Shown here one piece after another: positions 59,570 through 64,000 of a stretch of DNA of 64,000 bases; positions within the stretch are counted from its first letter, which is position 1, and every line of letters starts with the position of its first letter. The notes below the pieces were generated by a model. The model saw nothing but the letters and a program-made list of their open reading frames with translations. It did not search any database and was not told the origin of the DNA. The DNA lies in the IMG/VR virus record IMGVR_UViG_3300037606_000137, positions 46,381 to 110,380 of that record, one strand, 5' to 3'. The position numbers and the translations under genes were made by a program. The stretch is from a virus.

Positions 59570-60199
59570 ATGAAAAAGTTATTAAGTTTAGTAGTTGTAA
59601 TGTTTGTAACATTAAATTCATTTGGACAACAACCATTAAGTATTACATATACGTTGCCAAATAATATAACAATAACAGATACTATTAATGCACTACAAGA
59701 TGCTGGAAATGTTAATTTTAATACTTTGACAATACCAAAAAATACAACCATTAATTTTATTAAAAATGAACTGGGACATGATTTAGATATGGAGTCTGTA
59801 ATTGAGGACCCATTTTCAGTTTATCCTTTAGTAATACCTAATACATATTATTCAGAAGAATCTTTTCTTATTCGTGTTACAAATAGTTTTAATTATATTA
59901 TAATTATTGTATATGATCCAACACAAACATCATTAGGGACAGATGAGTTTAAGTTTGATAGAGAGATGATGAAAGTATTTCCGTCGCCTGCGATTGATAA
60001 AGCAACTGTAAGTTTTATTGCAAGTGATATGAATGTACCTTTAGTTATTTATTCAATGAATGGTTCTATAGTATTTACAGATAATGAAAAAAGAAACGTT
60101 GGTGCATTGAATGAGATACAATTAGATTTGTCTAGATTTGATTCAGGTGTTTATATTGCAAGAGCGGGTAAAGATTCTTTTAGATTTATCAAACAGTAA
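59570..60199 (+). CDS. Secreted protein with T9SS type-A C-terminal sorting domain
   Basis: Signal peptide ending SFGQ; KVFPSPA...IYSMNG...LDLSRFDSGVYIAR...RFIKQ. Confidence 0.85.
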   Translation: MKKLLSLVVVMFVTLNSFGQQPLSITYTLPNNITITDTINALQDAGNVNFNTLTIPKNTTINFIKNELGHDLDMESVIEDPFSVYPLVIPNTYYSEESFLIRVTNSFNYIIIIVYDPTQTSLGTDEFKFDREMMKVFPSPAIDKATVSFIASDMNVPLVIYSMNGSIVFTDNEKRNVGALNEIQLDLSRFDSGVYIARAGKDSFRFIKQ

Positions 60200-60224
60200 T
60201 ATAAATAAATAAATAAATAAATTT

Positions 60225-60256
60225 AAAAGTCTTATCTTAATTGATAGGACTTTTTT
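60225..60256 (+). terminator. Intrinsic terminator
   Basis: AAAAGTCTTATC-ttaatt-GATAGGACTTTT. Confidence 0.8.
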
Positions 60257-60288
60257 AATATATAATAAAAAAAATACAGATTAAAATT

Positions 60289-61983
60289 ATGATTACAAGT
60301 ATTAATGATTATAAAAAAATTAATGAATCATTATCTAAGGAAAGAGAACGTGCTGCAAAATTGGAGACTTTAATTAAATTGGGTAGAGAAATGATTGATG
60401 CATATAAGAAAGTTGATGAGATTAAGGAATTAAAGAAAGTTAAAGATGATAATATTCAGGAATTATTAACAAAATTGAATGAAACATCTATTATAGCAAA
60501 AGGTACATTGATTGAGGTTATTAAACCATTTAAGCAAAATAGATTATCTAGTTCTGCATATTTTAGTTTTGTTGAAAATTCTGTAAATGTAATTTCAGCT
60601 GATTTTAAGAGTATTTCTGATGAGATTAAGATGGCAGCGAATAAGATGTCAACAGCAAGTACTACATTACGTAAAACAAACAATGCTAAGAATAAGGTAA
60701 CAGGTGAAATGACAGCAGAAGGATTGAAAGATGTTTGGGCTGGAGTTGTTAAAGTATTGAGTGGTTGGATGAGTAAATTTGGATCATTATTAAATAAGAC
60801 ACAAAAGCATTTAGAAAGTATTAATACTAAAGCTGCAAAATTTTTAACTGTTACAGAATCATTAACTGTTACAGAGGGATTTGTAGATAATATTTTTATT
60901 GCTGATTTATATGATGATGATCAAGAAATAATTATGCGTCAAATTATTCAAAAATTAGAATTAAAATTTGATACTATTAATATGCAAGAAGTATTTCAAA
61001 CAATTGCATCTTTATCTTTTGATTTAATAACATTAAATATTAACATTGATGATAATTTTTACAAATTTGTTGAAATGACAAATTTAAATAGTGCTGTAGT
61101 TAAAGATAATATTGATATTGTTATTAAAAATAATACGTCAATGTTTTTACGTGATGAATCAATTTTAAACGAAGAATTAACGGAAGATGATAGATTAGCT
61201 AGAAATAAATATTCAAGAGAGTACAAGCAGCGACAACGCAATATTGTAAGTGTATTAGAACAAGCAAAAGAAACGATAGTATTAGCGGAAGAATCTGAGT
61301 ATTATACACAATTAGCAAAGACAAATGAAAAGATGATTATAAATTTATTAAAAGAATTTAAGTCAAAATCTATTGCTATTGACGATAAAATCATATCTTT
61401 GGTAAATACAGCAGCATCTGATAAATTTGATTTTTCTATATATCAAGAAAAAATAACAAATGCTGAAGAGGTTGGAGATGCTGTTGCATTGATGGCTAAA
61501 GCATTATTAGATGTACACAGAAATGTTGTAGAAATGTCTGGATCTGTACGACAATATAAAGATGATACTGCATCACAAGATGGTACGATGGGTGCATCAT
61601 TTGATTACGTAAATAAAACTGTTAAATTACCAGAAGGTAAAACAAATGAAGGTAAAGAATTTAATTATATGTTATTAAGTAGATTACAAAGTGATTGTGA
61701 ATATTTTTTAGGATATGGAAATAGACGTGAAAATGCATTACATCAAGGTGGTGTAGAAGGTCAAATATCTAAAATGAAAGAGTTATGGAATGGTTTTCCT
61801 GTAGATGAAAAACCGGAATGGTTAACAATGGAACAAATTGAAGAATACGAAACTAAAATGTTACAAGAAAATACAAATGAAGGTATTGGATCTTGGATGA
61901 AAATTTGGAGTAAAGTAAAAGCATTCTTTAGTAATTTTAAAACAGCATCACAACAAGTTGATGTTGCGTTGAATAATATTTAA
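60289..61983 (+). CDS. Probable protease-processed virion polyprotein containing an LPD11-like domain
   Basis: MITSINDYKKINES start and recurring (N/T/A)E-(S/G) sites; YMLLSRLQSDCEYFLGYG...KPEWLTMEQI matches LPD11 as recalled. Confidence 0.6.
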   Translation: MITSINDYKKINESLSKERERAAKLETLIKLGREMIDAYKKVDEIKELKKVKDDNIQELLTKLNETSIIAKGTLIEVIKPFKQNRLSSSAYFSFVENSVNVISADFKSISDEIKMAANKMSTASTTLRKTNNAKNKVTGEMTAEGLKDVWAGVVKVLSGWMSKFGSLLNKTQKHLESINTKAAKFLTVTESLTVTEGFVDNIFIADLYDDDQEIIMRQIIQKLELKFDTINMQEVFQTIASLSFDLITLNINIDDNFYKFVEMTNLNSAVVKDNIDIVIKNNTSMFLRDESILNEELTEDDRLARNKYSREYKQRQRNIVSVLEQAKETIVLAEESEYYTQLAKTNEKMIINLLKEFKSKSIAIDDKIISLVNTAASDKFDFSIYQEKITNAEEVGDAVALMAKALLDVHRNVVEMSGSVRQYKDDTASQDGTMGASFDYVNKTVKLPEGKTNEGKEFNYMLLSRLQSDCEYFLGYGNRRENALHQGGVEGQISKMKELWNGFPVDEKPEWLTMEQIEEYETKMLQENTNEGIGSWMKIWSKVKAFFSNFKTASQQVDVALNNI

Positions 61984-61992
61984 CATACATAA

Positions 61993-62361
61993 ATGAAAAA
62001 AAAATACATATTAACAAAAGAACAAGTGATTCAAACCGTCAATGAACGATGGTTTGAATCAATTGTTAATAAATATAAAAACGAATTTAAATTATTTTTT
62101 ATAAATTTAAAAAAACAATTTAAATTTAATGCAAATGCTCGTCGTATCATATTAACATATATGAAAACAAAAAAAATATCTAATGATGATCAAATAATTT
62201 TAAAAATTATTATTACTGATTCATTAAAAATGGTTGGTTTAGGGGGTATTGTTATTCCAATACCAGGAGGTGTAGTTTTAGTAACATTATTAATATCTAT
62301 GTCTAAAAAATTTAATATAGATATTTTACCATCACAATTTGAAAAAGAAAAAATAATTTAA
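61993..62361 (+). CDS. Hypothetical protein with hydrophobic hairpin
   Basis: GLGGIVIPIPGGVVLV...ILPSQF. Confidence 0.55.
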   Translation: MKKKYILTKEQVIQTVNERWFESIVNKYKNEFKLFFINLKKQFKFNANARRIILTYMKTKKISNDDQIILKIIITDSLKMVGLGGIVIPIPGGVVLVTLLISMSKKFNIDILPSQFEKEKII

Positions 62362-62422
62362 TACATAATTTTTTATTTATTGCTTTTTATTTATATTCTT
62401 GTAATGTAAATAAATTAAAAGT

Positions 62423-63511
62423 ATGAGAACAATAGAAGAAATTATTAAATTATTAAATATTAAAACCAAATCGAAAGATTTAAAGAAAGTTTTATATGAT
62501 AAATTAATTAAAAAAAATATTGATTATGACATTTTAATTCAATATCCAGAATTAATTTTATTATTTAAAAATTCAAATAAAATTGACTTAAATAAATTAT
62601 ATTGGTATCATATATCAATTAATCAAAAATTATCTGAATCATTTATCAGAGAATTTAAAGATAAAGTTTATTGGTCTAGTATATCAGAATATCAAAATTT
62701 ATCTGAATCTTTTATTACAGAACATAAAGATAAAGTTTGGTGGGATCGTATATCATGTTTTCAAAAATTATCTGAATCTTTCATATCAGAACATAAAGAT
62801 AAAGTTTCTTGGTATGATATATCACAATATCAGAAATTATCAGAATCATTCATATCAGAACATAAAGATAAAGTTAAATGGTATCATATATCTGAATTTC
62901 AAAAATTATCTGAATCATTCATATCAGAACATAAAGATAATTTTAATTGGTATTATATATCAGAATATCAAAAATTATCTGAATCATTTATCAGAGAATT
63001 TAAAGATAAAGTTTCTTGGTATTATATATCAGAATATCAAAAATTATCTGAATCATTTATCAGAGAATTTAAAGATAAAGTTTCTTGGTATAATATATCA
63101 AAATATCAAAAATTAACAGAATCATTCATTACAGAACACAAAGATAAATTAAAATTGAATGATGATAGTTGGTTATATAAGGATGGTGATTTTAAATTGG
63201 AAGCAATTAAAAAGACGGGTTTATATACAACTGATGATAATTATGTTTATGGTTTTAAAGGTATTAGAAGTAATAGATATTCAAGATACAATTATCAATA
63301 TCAATATTTAAAAGGTAAAACTTATGAATGTCATGCTGATTTTAATAATGATAATCGAAATTCATTTGGTTTGTCTGTTTGGACGAAAGAAGAAGCAACA
63401 AATTATTGTAATGAATTAGTCGTTGAAGTTAAGATACACAAGGATGATTTATCAGCATTAGTGCATAAAGGAGGAAAAATTAGATGTCAAAAATTCACAA
63501 TTTTATCATAA
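62423..63511 (+). CDS. 22-aa Trp-repeat protein with conserved C-terminal domain
   Basis: 9 tandem units; C-terminal domain nearly identical to that of 4254..5594. Confidence 0.9.
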   Translation: MRTIEEIIKLLNIKTKSKDLKKVLYDKLIKKNIDYDILIQYPELILLFKNSNKIDLNKLYWYHISINQKLSESFIREFKDKVYWSSISEYQNLSESFITEHKDKVWWDRISCFQKLSESFISEHKDKVSWYDISQYQKLSESFISEHKDKVKWYHISEFQKLSESFISEHKDNFNWYYISEYQKLSESFIREFKDKVSWYYISEYQKLSESFIREFKDKVSWYNISKYQKLTESFITEHKDKLKLNDDSWLYKDGDFKLEAIKKTGLYTTDDNYVYGFKGIRSNRYSRYNYQYQYLKGKTYECHADFNNDNRNSFGLSVWTKEEATNYCNELVVEVKIHKDDLSALVHKGGKIRCQKFTILS

Positions 63512-63550
63512 TAAATAGTATTATATTTATATTTACAAAAAATTAAAAGC

Positions 63551-64000
63551 ATGAGAACATTACAAGAAATTATAAAATTATTGGATATTAAAACTAAATC
63601 AAAAGATTTAAAAAAAGTTTTATATGATAAATTAATTCGTAAAAATATTGATTATGACATTTTAATTCAATATCCAGAATTAATTTTATTATTTAAAAAT
63701 TCAAATAAAATTGACTTAAATAATGTTGAGTGGTCTTATATATCAGAATATCAAAATTTATCTGAATCTTTTATTATTGAATTTAAAGATAAAGTTAATT
63801 GGGATTCTATATCATGTTTTCAAAAATTATCTGAATCTTTCATATCAGAACATAAAGATAAAGTTTCTTGGTATGATATATCACAATATCAAAAATTATC
63901 AGAATCTTTTATCAGAGAATTTAAAGATAAAGTTAAATGGTATCATATATCTGAATTTCAAAAATTATCTGAATCATTCATATCAGAACATAAAGATAAT
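63551..64000 (+). CDS. 22-aa Trp-repeat protein, partial at the window end
   Basis: MRTLQEIIKLLDIKTKSKDLKKVLYDKLIR... followed by the same repeat units. Confidence 0.88.
   Translation, partial: MRTLQEIIKLLDIKTKSKDLKKVLYDKLIRKNIDYDILIQYPELILLFKNSNKIDLNNVEWSYISEYQNLSESFIIEFKDKVNWDSISCFQKLSESFISEHKDKVSWYDISQYQKLSESFIREFKDKVKWYHISEFQKLSESFISEHKDN

Noticed and set aside
261-63116. Other short ORFs nested in or opposite larger genes (e.g. 261, 636, 4615, 7535, 10345, 22191, 33806, 42090, 62814)
   Set aside because: Fully overlap well-supported genes and show no motifs.
3602-64000. Diversity-generating retroelement behind the Trp-repeat variation
   Set aside because: No reverse transcriptase in the window, no non-coding template repeat, and the differences are not confined to adenines.
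1-64000. Stop-codon reassignment as in Lak or some crAss-like phages
   Set aside because: Long conserved genes are intact in the standard code, TGG is used for Trp, and TGA/TAG end genes at sensible places; only one isolated in-frame TGA was seen.

Overview
A very AT-rich, gene-dense segment of a jumbo, T4-like (myovirus-type) phage genome. The host is most likely in the Bacteroidota: intergenic TATATTTG boxes match the TAnnTTTG -7 promoter, starts are A-rich without Shine-Dalgarno sequences, and there are T9SS-cargo-like and Hc1-like genes. Replication and nucleotide genes: type II topoisomerase fractured by a split intein, NAD-dependent ligase, nrdA/nrdB, the C-terminal half of a family-B polymerase and guanylate kinase. 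Also present: two sigma factors, an extended NAD salvage set, RNA-repair-type enzymes (Thg1-like, HAD, nucleotidyltransferase), a GH19 endolysin, virion genes, four homing-endonuclease-like genes and four copies of a 22-aa Trp-repeat gene family. The most striking feature is the tRNA cluster (about 18.4-20.2 kb). Two unannotated short leader ORFs each sit before an intrinsic terminator with a competing antiterminator, and their clustered codons match the tRNAs downstream: DRYYDREPER before tRNA-Glu/Pro/Asp/Asp/Tyr, and YSYYY directly before tRNA-Tyr. This looks like ribosome-mediated attenuation that turns on phage tRNAs when the matching host tRNAs run short. The tRNA-Tyr is itself split in two by an HNH gene. 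All calls come from reading motifs by eye; no searches were run.
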